Assembly (NCBI GenBank): GCA_963765495.1
Contig: CAVXWP010000002.1
Location: 64,001-128,000 of the forward strand
Origin: Blastocatellia bacterium
Lineage (GTDB): Bacteria; Acidobacteriota; Blastocatellia; UBA7656
Direction: 5' to 3'
DNA: 64,000 bases
Shown here in pieces: positions 29,483 to 38,784 of the stretch (positions are counted from its first letter, which is position 1; the number at the start of each line of letters is the position of its first letter). The notes below the pieces were generated by a model. That model worked only from the letters and a program-made list of their open reading frames with translations, did no database searches and was not told where the DNA came from. The position numbers and the translations under genes were made by a program.

Positions 29483-29560
29483 ATTTTAGACTTTGGATTT
29501 CGGATTTTGGATTTCAATTTCTATCCGCTAATCCAAAATCGAAAATCCAAAATCCAAAAT
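29483..29560. repeat. Inverted heptamer tandem repeats forming a hairpin
   Basis: (ATTTTGG/ATTTCGG)n followed by (ATCCAAA/ATCGAAA)n. Confidence 0.75.
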
Positions 29561-29859
29561 CAGACTGTGTGATCGTAATAGACTAACTCCACATCATCCC
29601 CATTGTTGGCCGCATCAAAGCGGAGGTCTGACAGATCGATCTCCCCGGCAAGCGGCGCTTCAAACTCAGGTGAGCTTGTCCCGGGTTGCAGCGCAGCCCG
29701 ATGAGTTGCATCTATGTCAGCCCCACCATAAAAGACCGCTCCCGCATTCCCAGCTGGAGCGTTCAAGATGAACTTCTTCGCCGTAGCCGCAGGACCATCC
29801 ACAGGAGTCCCCGCAGCAGGCACATCGATTAACATCGCTCGAACTCGAAAAGGCATCAT
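29560..29859 (-). CDS. Small beta-rich phage structural protein
   Basis: NAPAGNAGAVFYGGADI...LQPG; GGAGGT RBS. Confidence 0.65.
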   Translation of the reverse strand: MMPFRVRAMLIDVPAAGTPVDGPAATAKKFILNAPAGNAGAVFYGGADIDATHRAALQPGTSSPEFEAPLAGEIDLSDLRFDAANNGDDVELVYYDHTV

Positions 29860-29923
29860 TCACCTCCCGGCTGTTAGTAATTGCGCGTTGCCGCGCCGAA
29901 AGAAAAATATTGAAAGAGTGCAA

Positions 29924-31315
29924 CTACATTATCTGTGTTCCCTCTGATCCCCCAGATAATTCCGGGTCAGTCCGGCCCCCGGCCCCCGACCCCTGGCCCC
30001 CGCGAGCGCCGCGAGCTATCCCCTCTTCTCGCCTTTGCTGTCTCGCCCTTCCTGCTTCGGTCTTCTCATCCACTCCCGGCAGCTTCTTCAAAAACTCCTC
30101 GTCGGTGATCGCTCCCTCTCTCCACGCCGGAAGCCAGACAGTCGCGATGTGGTTCCACGCCTCGAAGCTCACTACCTCTACCTCAACCCTGCCCGCTGTA
30201 GCCTGCAACCTGCTCCCTGTCTCCCGGTTGTACATTGCCATTGCTCGACCTACCAGATCAGTAAACCCGCTCCCCCACTCATCTGTTTCAGTCTCGCTGA
30301 TAGCAACAAACATCCGGCTTATGTCGTCTGCCGTAGCCCGATTGTTGAGCAGATCTGGAAACCCGAAGTAATGAGGCGGGACCGAGGTGTGACCGCTGAT
30401 GATCTTCACAAGGATGGTTATCAACTCGCTGTTTGCCGAATACGGCCCATACCCTATTTGCAGCATCGAAGGCTTGCCACCCACAGCAAGCGGATCACCT
30501 GCTTTCCAGTTCAGAGTTTTAAGCCTCTCTTGAAAGCTGCTTGCATCATCCTCAGTGTTGAACTCAAAACAAGGCGTAGGCTTCGAGGCTTTCGAGTTGA
30601 TCGTCTTAAAACAGATGATCGCATCGTCGAGGTCCTCAAGCTGCCCGAGGATACCCGCGAACAACGGAGTGCCTACATTCGAGTTCATCCGAGTGTGAAA
30701 CTTCATAAATGCAGTGCGACCGGCATCTACGTCATAGTCTAGCTGCGCGTCACCAAGCCAGCGGACATACTTGAAGTAACCATAATCCAGCGGGTCCGAC
30801 ACCACCTCATACCTTGTGTCATACCACGATACAAATCGAATCCGTGGAATATGATCCTCGCCGGGATTGAGCACAAGAAGCACCTGCCCCTCAAAGCATC
30901 TCTCCCTACCGAGCCGCCGCAGATAGGCCATGTTGAACCGATTGACCGCAAAGAACTCTTTTATAAACCCGGTCTCTGCCTCACCAACCCAACCCGTATG
31001 ATTCAGCCCCTTTCCAATCGTCCAGGCTGTGCGAGCCTCCAGAATGTTTCTCAGCAGGATATTGCCTTTGGCAGCCTGCCCTCGATACTTCCTGATAGTC
31101 TCATCAACTTGCATCTCACGAGTGAGATAGCGATTGCTCGACGTGCCTTGAAGCGCCTCAATCTGTAAGATCAAATCGCCAAGGTACTCGATTCCACCGT
31201 GTTCACCGAATTCTTGTGCTTTACGGCGCAAGGAGCGTCCGCGCTCCGGCCGCTTGCTGGTGTAGGAAAACTCGAAAGGCCCTAACTTCAAATTGCGTCC
31301 ACTTCTACCTGCCAA
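29924..31315 (-). CDS. Portal protein
   Basis: 463 aa following terminase; FEGQVLLVL, GTPLFAGI, VPPHYFGFPDLLNNRATA. Confidence 0.8.
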   Translation of the reverse strand: MAGRSGRNLKLGPFEFSYTSKRPERGRSLRRKAQEFGEHGGIEYLGDLILQIEALQGTSSNRYLTREMQVDETIRKYRGQAAKGNILLRNILEARTAWTIGKGLNHTGWVGEAETGFIKEFFAVNRFNMAYLRRLGRERCFEGQVLLVLNPGEDHIPRIRFVSWYDTRYEVVSDPLDYGYFKYVRWLGDAQLDYDVDAGRTAFMKFHTRMNSNVGTPLFAGILGQLEDLDDAIICFKTINSKASKPTPCFEFNTEDDASSFQERLKTLNWKAGDPLAVGGKPSMLQIGYGPYSANSELITILVKIISGHTSVPPHYFGFPDLLNNRATADDISRMFVAISETETDEWGSGFTDLVGRAMAMYNRETGSRLQATAGRVEVEVVSFEAWNHIATVWLPAWREGAITDEEFLKKLPGVDEKTEAGRARQQRREEGIARGARGGQGSGAGGRTDPELSGGSEGTQIM

Positions 31316-31401
31316 AATGTGGGGCGGCGTTGACTCGACTACGAGTCTGCCGGGAGCCGCCCCGCTCGCCTTCTTAGATCAGGATAGATCTGATTTTCGT
31401 G

Positions 31402-31430
31402 AATATAAGCTGTACTTATATAATCGTCAA
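31402..31430 (-). promoter_or_regulatory. Sigma70-like promoter with overlapping palindrome between terL and portal
   Basis: TTGACG-17-TATATT; ATATAAG-N5-CTTATAT at 31403-31421. Confidence 0.65.
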
Positions 31431-31449
31431 GTAGAATCAGGAATAGTTA

Positions 31450-32778
31450 TTAAAAGCATGAGGGGAGCTTCACCGCGAAGCTATCAGATCGAAAAGGAAA
31501 CTTCTTATGCACAACATAGCCCAGAGCGGCCCCAGGATGCGTCAACGGCCCCTTGTAGCTGTCTTTCAGCAACACATCCCAGGTACATTTCTCCAGATCA
31601 CCTCTGAGCAGCTTGCAGGATTTATCCACGAATAGATGACGCTCTCCCAGACTGTTGAAGATGCGCCCGTTGACGGCATTGATACGATCTTTGATGGGTG
31701 GATTTTTGGCCGGTCCACCAAGCTTGAACCCGGCCTCTTTCAAAATCTTATGATCGCTCGTTCCCGTAGTGTGTCTCTGCGCCCCGGCAGCATCGGGGAT
31801 CAGCACCACGCCCCCGACCCCATACCGGCGCTCAATCTCTTTCACCAGTTGCGGAGTATCGCCGCCTCTGATGTAAATCTCATCTATGACGTAAACATCC
31901 AGCCCCCGCACCTCGCAAGCATAGGCATGCATCCCCGGATCAACATTGAAATCAATCCCCACAAGCAATACTTCATCTGTCAACGAATACTCGCCCATAT
32001 TCTCCACCCTTGAGAAATTCGGATAGCAGTTTCCCGAGTAGATATTCAGCACCTTGCCCTCAATCTGCTGCTGTGCCATCTCCGGAGACATAACGCTCAT
32101 CACGTCTTCGACATAATCAGCAGGCAGATGATAATTCTCGCGGCTGTCGGCGGTCACAACTCGAACCTTTGGATCTTCCTCAATCTCACCAAACCAGTTC
32201 AGACCATCGGGCGAGCTGGTCAGCCAGCCCTCCAATCTGTCTACCCTGCCATCACGGTGACGCTCCCGGATAGTCCTGTATGCGGCCTGTTCCATATCCT
32301 TTGCCTCATCCAGCCAGAACCAACCGCATTTGAATCCGTCCCAGGTCTTATAGCCCTTGTTCTCAGCAGCGCGGCAAAGCACCTCCACCCTCTCCCACAG
32401 ATAGAGCACCTTCTTTTTGGCCGCAGCCTCCGGAGTCTTAGGATGAATCGCCACGCCATACGACTTTGCGACCTCATACAGACCCGTCAGTGTGGATTGC
32501 CAAAGCTGAGTGTATGTGTTAGCTCCGATGAAGCCCCTCACCTCTGGATTGCGCGCGGCCTTCTCAATAGCGTAATGAGCGCCGATCCACGACTTGCCCG
32601 ATCCGATCCCGCCGCGATAGCCCACATACTTGGCCTCTTCCTGATCGAAGTAGCCTACAAACTGAACCTGCCCGGGGATGGATTGCTTGCCTGGAGGAAA
32701 CAGCCTCGCGCGGATCTCCCCGCCGGTTGGAATGATAATCAACCGCTTGCCTGCTCGTCTTGTCCAGCCTAAAGCCAT
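31450..32778 (-). CDS. terL: Terminase large subunit
   Basis: GGIGSGKS Walker A, WLDEA Walker B, TSSP motif C, GIDFNV nuclease, DAAG, NPPIKDRINAVN. Confidence 0.93.
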   Translation of the reverse strand: MALGWTRRAGKRLIIIPTGGEIRARLFPPGKQSIPGQVQFVGYFDQEEAKYVGYRGGIGSGKSWIGAHYAIEKAARNPEVRGFIGANTYTQLWQSTLTGLYEVAKSYGVAIHPKTPEAAAKKKVLYLWERVEVLCRAAENKGYKTWDGFKCGWFWLDEAKDMEQAAYRTIRERHRDGRVDRLEGWLTSSPDGLNWFGEIEEDPKVRVVTADSRENYHLPADYVEDVMSVMSPEMAQQQIEGKVLNIYSGNCYPNFSRVENMGEYSLTDEVLLVGIDFNVDPGMHAYACEVRGLDVYVIDEIYIRGGDTPQLVKEIERRYGVGGVVLIPDAAGAQRHTTGTSDHKILKEAGFKLGGPAKNPPIKDRINAVNGRIFNSLGERHLFVDKSCKLLRGDLEKCTWDVLLKDSYKGPLTHPGAALGYVVHKKFPFRSDSFAVKLPSCF

Positions 32779-33081
32779 CGCACTTTTCCCGAGTGGCGAA
32801 GTGTGTAAGTCGTTTCAACCTCACTGAAAGCGCGATCACCTCACCCCACCACTACTATTTGCAACACTTACCGTCTCAACAAATCAAACTTCGCAGTTTC
32901 TAATTCTGCGAAATTCATTCTCTGCCCATCAGATCGACCCCGCGCTGCCCACTCGCGCACCAGTGAGAGGCCCCGGCTCGCATTCAGAGACTTGCGGGCG
33001 CGGCCCTCTCACCCTGTTTTTAACAAACCCCGTTTTGAAACTTTTCACGAATTTCTCTCCGCAAATTTCTGCAAATAAATT

Positions 33082-33405
33082 TCATCGCCGCCGCTTCTTC
33101 CCTCGCATCACAGTATCCGGCGCGCGCTCCAATGAATCCGCGCCGTGTCCTTCTTCAACAACTTTCTCTACCTTGGTGATCCGCTCTTCGTGATCCTCCA
33201 TCTTGTCTTCGAGCTTCTTCAACGTAGCGGTATTGTGCTCGACCGCATCAACCACAGTCTTGAAATCATTGCGATAGAATTGCACGGCTTGACCGGCGAG
33301 ATTCAATAGCAACAGCGCCACCGCCGCCCACGTCGCTTTCGGTTGCTTGTCTGTAATGGTCTCAGTCGCCGCTTTCTTCGCGCGGGCGGTCCATCCAGTT
33401 TGCAT
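33082..33405 (-). CDS. Single-TM coiled-coil protein (holin-like candidate)
   Basis: WAAVALLLLNLAG then KLEDKMEDHEERITKVE. Confidence 0.5.
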   Translation of the reverse strand: MQTGWTARAKKAATETITDKQPKATWAAVALLLLNLAGQAVQFYRNDFKTVVDAVEHNTATLKKLEDKMEDHEERITKVEKVVEEGHGADSLERAPDTVMRGKKRRR

Positions 33406-33868
33406 CGCGTCCACCTCCAATCTGCAACAGAGACAGTTCAAGCCCCGTCAGTATTCGATCAACAGCAATGTTGCAGCGTTCGCACTCCTCGACGTGCTTC
33501 CAGATATCCGACAGAGCCAGGTCTTTCTGCGCCTCTCGCTTTCGTGAATCGTCGTTGCCCTGAATGCGGTGATCCGTCCTGCGATTGTTATCAATCGCGA
33601 TCAGCGCCTTGAGCACTCGCTGTATTCCGATGATTTCAGAAAGAGAGACAACACGAGCAAACGCGAGATTCCGTAGGTAATCAGCTTGCTCGCCTGGGTG
33701 CATCTGCTCTGCCTTTTCGAGAGCATCGAGGAAGTTGCGCCGATCATCGGCATTCAACTTAGGCAGAAGCGAAGCGCCGCGCCGGTTAGTGTTGCCGGGC
33801 TGTCCTCCACGCTTGCGCGGGTTCTTCTTGCCGCCGCCTCTGTCTCCACCGTAGGGGCTTGCCATCAC
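33362..33868 (-). CDS. Putative terminase small subunit
   Basis: KRGGQPGNTNRRG N-terminal motif, helical, upstream of terL. Confidence 0.6.
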   Translation of the reverse strand: MMASPYGGDRGGGKKNPRKRGGQPGNTNRRGASLLPKLNADDRRNFLDALEKAEQMHPGEQADYLRNLAFARVVSLSEIIGIQRVLKALIAIDNNRRTDHRIQGNDDSRKREAQKDLALSDIWKHVEECERCNIAVDRILTGLELSLLQIGGGRDANWMDRPREESGD

Positions 33869-34072
33869 TCATTCCCTTTCCCGAAGCACGATCACCGTGT
33901 CACAGATGCAGTATGGGTGAGCAGACGGCCTTCCCACTTCACTCACAGGCTGACCATCGTTGTCTTCACAAATGCCGGTAGTGCAGAGAGCAACTTCGCC
34001 AGCAGTATCGTTATTGTTGTCCCGCCACACTTCAACGAATTGAAGCGGCCCAATCACCTCGATTTCGTTCAT
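33869..34072 (-). CDS. Hypothetical protein
   Basis: Translationally coupled; HPYCIC resembles the HPxCRC end of phage head morphogenesis proteins. Confidence 0.5.
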   Translation of the reverse strand: MNEIEVIGPLQFVEVWRDNNNDTAGEVALCTTGICEDNDGQPVSEVGRPSAHPYCICDTVIVLRERE

Positions 34073-34644
34073 AGAATCCCTTCCACAGCAGCAGCAGCAG
34101 CAGCCTCATTCACCACAAGGTAAGCGTGCAGGCTTTCAAGATTGGCGTGCCTCGATAGCTCCATCACCGTTCGCACATCGAGCTTTGAATCAAGCAATCT
34201 CTGCACATAGAACTTTCTTAATGAGTGGGGTGTAATCTTCTTCCTCACATCAGCAGCGAGTCGGATCTCCTTCAATCGAAGCTGTACGGCTCTCGTCGAA
34301 AGATGCCTGCCGTTATAGCCCGGAAACATCCAATCACCCTCATACCAGCCTCTAAGCCATCGCACATAAGCAGAGATCACACCTTTCAATCTGTTCGACA
34401 CCGGCAGTTTCCCGCCCCTGCCTCGCTTCGTATGTTTGCGGTCGAGGTGAAGAATATCTTTCACCTGGCCGTACTCCATAAGCTGGCTCACCCTCAGAGA
34501 CACAAGCTCCGACACACGCAGCCCGGTACCCGCCAGCACTTCAAGCATCGTGAGATCACGAATAGCAAGAGCGCCGCTGGCAGTTCCTACAGCGCCGATC
34601 AGCAGCGTGCATTCTTCGAGGGTGAGGCTATCGCTTCCGCGCAT
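34069..34644 (-). CDS. Catalytic-domain-only tyrosine recombinase (Xer/FimB size)
   Basis: RDLTMLEVLAGTGLRVSEL, TKRG, HSLRK, RHANLESLHAY; 191 aa. Confidence 0.88.
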   Translation of the reverse strand: MRGSDSLTLEECTLLIGAVGTASGALAIRDLTMLEVLAGTGLRVSELVSLRVSQLMEYGQVKDILHLDRKHTKRGRGGKLPVSNRLKGVISAYVRWLRGWYEGDWMFPGYNGRHLSTRAVQLRLKEIRLAADVRKKITPHSLRKFYVQRLLDSKLDVRTVMELSRHANLESLHAYLVVNEAAAAAAVEGIL

Positions 34645-34646
34645 TG

Positions 34647-34829
34647 TTACTCTCCAGTTGCAACCGGGGCTGGTTCCGGCACAGCCGCCAGAAACTGCCC
34701 TGTAGCTTCGTGGGCCGTCTGTACATAGCTCCGCAGCTTCCGCGCGGAGTCAGAGTTAGGGTTCTTCACAAAAGACGCAAGGATAGTCACCAGCGTCGAG
34801 ATAGCGATTCTCAAAGCAAACTCATTCAC
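34647..34829 (-). CDS. Small membrane-associated hypothetical protein
   Basis: GGAAGGTG RBS/GTG start; hydrophobic N-terminus. Confidence 0.5.
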   Translation of the reverse strand: MNEFALRIAISTLVTILASFVKNPNSDSARKLRSYVQTAHEATGQFLAAVPEPAPVATGE

Positions 34830-34999
34830 CTTCCACACTCCTTTCCCCAACCGTACCGCTCAACTTTTTCAGCCTCATCGGCTTCATCAAGGAGCCGCTG
34901 TATCTCACAGGCAGCCTCATCACTTTGCGGGTCGAGGCCCAGGAGCCGAGCGGCATAGTCTGGATTGTTGATTAAAAGTATTTTGTTCAGCACCTTCGC

Positions 35000-35125
35000 A
35001 GTAGGGAGTAAGCAGTAGGTGGTAGGCAGTTTACTTTCCGTCTCCTGACCAAAGAGCACCTCCGCCTGTTTAGCGAAATCTTCCATAACCACCCACTGCC
35101 TACTGCCTACTGCTTACTCCCTACT
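35000..35125. repeat. 31-bp inverted repeats built from heptamers
   Basis: 35000-35030 matches the reverse complement of 35095-35125 at 29/31. Confidence 0.85.
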
Positions 35126-35271
35126 CCAAAAAAGCACACCTTGATCGAATCTCAATCCTCTGGCGTCGTGTCTGTCTTGTTCGTCTTATTCGTCACGTCA
35201 AAGAGGGGGTAAAAATCACATAACCTGTGCGAATATAGGCTAGCTCCATTTCAGGAAGTGGGAGGGACGCT

Positions 35272-35526
35272 GTGAACCGCAAGCAACTTGAGCGTGTAGT
35301 CCTCACCGACGCTCTCAGCTACATCAAAGAGCAGACCGGCTACGATTTTGAGCGACGGACATTCTTACACTGGATCGAGCAGGGATTCGTGAAGCTCAAC
35401 GGCAACGAGTTCAATCTGATCGCTGATAAGATCGGAGAGCGGTACTACATCAACCGTGCAAACCTCGACAACTTGATTGTTTTCCTCAACTGGTCCAAAG
35501 AGCAGTACAACACTAACGAGGGGTAA
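35272..35526 (+). CDS. MerR/excisionase-like DNA-binding protein
   Basis: LTDALSYIKEQTG...RRTFLHWIEQG...KIGERYYINRANLD. Confidence 0.65.
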   Translation: MNRKQLERVVLTDALSYIKEQTGYDFERRTFLHWIEQGFVKLNGNEFNLIADKIGERYYINRANLDNLIVFLNWSKEQYNTNEG

Positions 35527-35571
35527 TCAATCGGTGCGCTACGCGGATATTTAATCCGGCAAGACTCACAC

Positions 35572-35860
35572 TGATGGAGCGGGCCTGCGGCCCGTCCATC
35601 ACTTTCTAATCTCAGGTGTGACAGATGAAAGGACGCGCGGCAAACAACGCCGCGCGATTGGCCTGCGGCAGCAACGAGGCGATGCAAAAAACGCATCGCG
35701 ATAATGGGCTGTGCGGCAACGCGGTCGGCCCATTATCCGCTCAGGCAAAGGCGGCACATAGCCGCCTCTGGCGGCTACGGTGGCGCTTCGCGCTGCACCG
35801 CCCTTCGGGTTATGCCGCCTTGCCTTCGCAGGTTTGGCCTCCATCGCGTTGCTGCACGCC
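35572..35860. other. Highly structured non-coding element (multi-branched ssDNA or RNA fold)
   Basis: At least seven nested or adjacent stems with TTCG loops; no credible ORF. Confidence 0.7.
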
Positions 35861-35996
35861 CCATGCCACAAATCCCCGCCATCAAATCAATTTATTGACC
35901 TGCTTAAATTGATAAGAATTATTCGTTTCCGTTTTGATACCATTATGATACAATAGTGACATCAAGTAACACTCAGTTACAGAAAGGACAACCAAC

Positions 35997-36452
35997 ATGA
36001 AAACCACCACCCAAAGCGACCGCATTGACCGCGCGCTTGAGATAATCAAGGGCGGTCACGTTCTTAAGGTTCAGTATCACGAGCGAGACGCAAACTGGTT
36101 TGTGGCCTCGCAATCAAAACAAGATTTCAACTACAAAGTGGAAAGCGATTCCTGCACCTGCCCGGATGCATCCAGCACAGGGCGACCGGCGCGCATTTGC
36201 AAGCATATGTGGGCCGGTCCCGGCGCTCCGGCAGCTTTGCTCATCTCCAAAATTCGAGCGTGCACCGGCTTTCTGCAATTGCGCGAGATTGCCGAAATGT
36301 ATGCGCCCGCCCTGGCCGATGTGCCTGCTCTGTTCATCCGTGTAGCCCGATCAGAATACAAACTGGCTTGCCGCCGCATTTGCACCCGAATCACTTTTGA
36401 CACCGCACCCGAGCCGGCCTCTCAACAAAGCGAAAGGGGGCTGGCAGCATGA
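35997..36452 (+). CDS. SWIM zinc-finger protein
   Basis: VASQS..YKV..SCTCPDA...ICKHMW; strong RBS. Confidence 0.8.
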   Translation: MKTTTQSDRIDRALEIIKGGHVLKVQYHERDANWFVASQSKQDFNYKVESDSCTCPDASSTGRPARICKHMWAGPGAPAALLISKIRACTGFLQLREIAEMYAPALADVPALFIRVARSEYKLACRRICTRITFDTAPEPASQQSERGLAA

Positions 36453-36739
36453 ACGGCATTGTTTATCTTCTCCACTTCACCAGTCCCTACAAACACGCCC
36501 GGCATTATGTCGGGTTTACAACCGATCTGGCTGCGCGTCTCGCTGATCACTTCAATGGTCGCGGCGCTCGACTTCTTGAAGTTATCGTTGCCGCCGGGAT
36601 CGGCGCGCAGTTGGCCCGCACCTGGGCAGGCAATCGCAAACTCGAAAGGCAGATCAAAAACAGGAAAGCAACGCCTCGCCTGTGCCCCATTTGCAATCCA
36701 CAAACGGCGCTCAACAATGTGGCGCACTTAAACCACTGA
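36449..36739 (+). CDS. GIY-YIG nuclease
   Basis: VYLLHF..YKHARHYVGFTTDLAARLADH..GRGARL...LERQIK...LCPIC. Confidence 0.85.
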   Translation: MNGIVYLLHFTSPYKHARHYVGFTTDLAARLADHFNGRGARLLEVIVAAGIGAQLARTWAGNRKLERQIKNRKATPRLCPICNPQTALNNVAHLNH

Positions 36740-36784
36740 TAAAACCGGGGCCGGGCAGACCGGCCCCAGAAAGGACAACCACAG

Positions 36785-37564
36785 ATGCAGGAAACCACCA
36801 CAGATAACCTCAGATGGACGGAGCTGCTAAGTCAGGCGGTTTCACAGCCCGGCTTGCTTCTCAAGGCATATGGCTACTTCCACAACTACAGCTTAGGCAA
36901 TCAGGTAATGGCTTTGATGCAATGCGCGCTCAGACAGATCGAACCCGGCCCGATCAACACATACCCCGGCTGGCTTTCACTCGGCCGACAGGTCCGCAAA
37001 GGTGAACGCGCCCTTGTGCTTTGTATGCCGCTCGCCGCTAAACGCACAAACGACCAGGGCGAGAAAGAGGAATTCATCAAGGCTTTCGCATACAAGCCCC
37101 GATGGTTTGTTATCTCTCAGACCGATGGCGCAGCCTATCAGATGCCGCCGCTGCCCGAATGGGACAAGACGCGCGCCCTGGCCGCTCTCTCGATCACAGA
37201 GGAAGAGTTCACGCACACAGATGGCAATGTGCAAGGCTACGCCACAGCCCGACGGCGGGTTGCAATCTCACCGCTCGCGGCTTTGCCTCATAAGACTCTT
37301 TTTCACGAGTGCGGTCATCTCCTACTAGGCCACACGACAGAGGCAGACTTTAACGACGAGGCCACGCTCCCGAAATCACTGCGCGAAGCCGAAGCCGAAG
37401 CCGTCGCCCTGCTTTGTCTCGATGCGCTCGACCTCGAAGGGGCCGACTTTTGCAGGGGCTACATACAGAACTGGCTCGCAGGTGAACCGATACCCGAACG
37501 CAGCGCACAGCGCATCTTTGCCGCAGCAGATCAGATCATCAAGGCCGGTCAGCTTCCGGCCTGA
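36785..37564 (+). CDS. ArdC-like ssDNA-binding antirestriction protein with zincin domain
   Basis: FHNYSLGN, TYPGWLSLGRQVRKGERA, QTDG, HECGH, EAEAEAVA, YIQNW, RIFAAADQI. Confidence 0.88.
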   Translation: MQETTTDNLRWTELLSQAVSQPGLLLKAYGYFHNYSLGNQVMALMQCALRQIEPGPINTYPGWLSLGRQVRKGERALVLCMPLAAKRTNDQGEKEEFIKAFAYKPRWFVISQTDGAAYQMPPLPEWDKTRALAALSITEEEFTHTDGNVQGYATARRRVAISPLAALPHKTLFHECGHLLLGHTTEADFNDEATLPKSLREAEAEAVALLCLDALDLEGADFCRGYIQNWLAGEPIPERSAQRIFAAADQIIKAGQLPA

Positions 37565-37636
37565 GGGTGGTCCCGATTCGTTGCCAACAATCAACCAGGG
37601 CCGGGGCGCGGTCCCGGCCCAGAAAGGGTAATTGCG

Positions 37637-37903
37637 ATGAGAATGACAACGAGCCAGGGAAGGCAAATCTTCCTTGAGCGATTGAGCCGAGCCGATCTCG
37701 AAGGCTGGATTGAGCGCAACAGCCGGCTCGCGCTTTCAAACTGTCGCGCAGGTCGCGCGACCGAAGCAAACATTTACACGCAGGCAGCAGTGGCCGGCGC
37801 GCGCGAGCTCCTGGCCCGCGATCCGCGCGCTGTCGAGACCCGCGCCCCGCTAGTGAAGCCTCAACTCCCAACAAGCGGCCGTCACGAAGACATCGAGATA
37901 TGA
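37637..37903 (+). CDS. Hypothetical protein
   Basis: Preceded by hairpin and AGAAAGG module. Confidence 0.55.
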   Translation: MRMTTSQGRQIFLERLSRADLEGWIERNSRLALSNCRAGRATEANIYTQAAVAGARELLARDPRAVETRAPLVKPQLPTSGRHEDIEI

Positions 37904-38273
37904 AGCGCATCAAGCGAATAATTCACGAATTGAAACATTGGGGGCCGGGCGCGGGTTGGGTGATGCTCACTCGCGTCTGGCTTCCCAACAAGATCGCACA
38001 GATCAGATGGGCACGCGCCCAGAGGAGGCTAGATGCAAAGAGAGCCAACAGAGAAAGAGAAAAGAGAGAGGATGATTGACCTGGCTATTTCCAGTCTGAT
38101 CACCGCAGCCGAGGCTGTCGTCGAAGATGCCGCGAATAACGGTCAGCCATCTTTGGCCTCGCTTCTCTACCTCAGCCACAAGGTAGTAACCGCGCGAATC
38201 ATTCTGGGATCTCCAATTCCTACAACCGCTATCACCTGGCATTTTCCAGGTGGCAGCAAACGGAGGATGAACA

Positions 38274-38636
38274 ATGCGAAATTATCCTGATGAAATCCAC
38301 GCCAAACGACTTGAGCTTATAGACCTCAACGAGCAGATCAGAGACTTGCGCGAAGATCAGAAGAAGATCGAGACACAGGAAACCATCGAGGTTCTCTATG
38401 CAAAAGGTGACAACGAGAAGCCGAGATACACCAACGACACACAGCGCGGCCTCGCCCTCGATCAGGCATTAGAGGCAAACGGCTCATATCAAGTTCAAAA
38501 AATCGACCTGCAAAACCTCGAAAGGAAGCGAGAAGAATTGAATGCCGAAATCGAACGACTGCGGGATCTGTTCAAGGTCGAGAAGATGGAGAAATGGGAA
38601 GTGATCAGCAAGAGGATGGCTAATGCATCGCTCTGA
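38274..38636 (+). CDS. Coiled-coil hypothetical phage protein
   Basis: GGAGG RBS; KPRYTNDTQR motif. Confidence 0.7.
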   Translation: MRNYPDEIHAKRLELIDLNEQIRDLREDQKKIETQETIEVLYAKGDNEKPRYTNDTQRGLALDQALEANGSYQVQKIDLQNLERKREELNAEIERLRDLFKVEKMEKWEVISKRMANASL

Positions 38637-38713
38637 AGAACCCGGCCCCTGGGGTAGCCGGGCGGGCCGGATTACCGATTCGACCCGGCAGCAAAATACG
38701 CCTGGCAGATCAT

Positions 38714-38784
38714 AAAGTCAAGGCCCGACTCGCAACCACCACGAAGCGAGCCGGGCCAGAACAACCAACTTTTCAGTCTTGTAT
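38714..38784 (-). ncRNA. Candidate antisense small RNA (~70 nt)
   Basis: Minus-strand TTGACT(38819-38814)-17-TATCTT(38796-38791); 12-bp GC hairpin 38722-38757 that pairs fully only on the minus strand (G:U), followed by a U-rich tail. Confidence 0.55.

Noticed and set aside
29483-29560. Heptamer repeat as a mini-CRISPR
   Set aside because: No spacers; generic short tandem inverted repeat
32860-33080. Possible cos/pac site upstream of terL
   Set aside because: GC-rich dyads beside AT tracts are suggestive, but no specific motif can be supported
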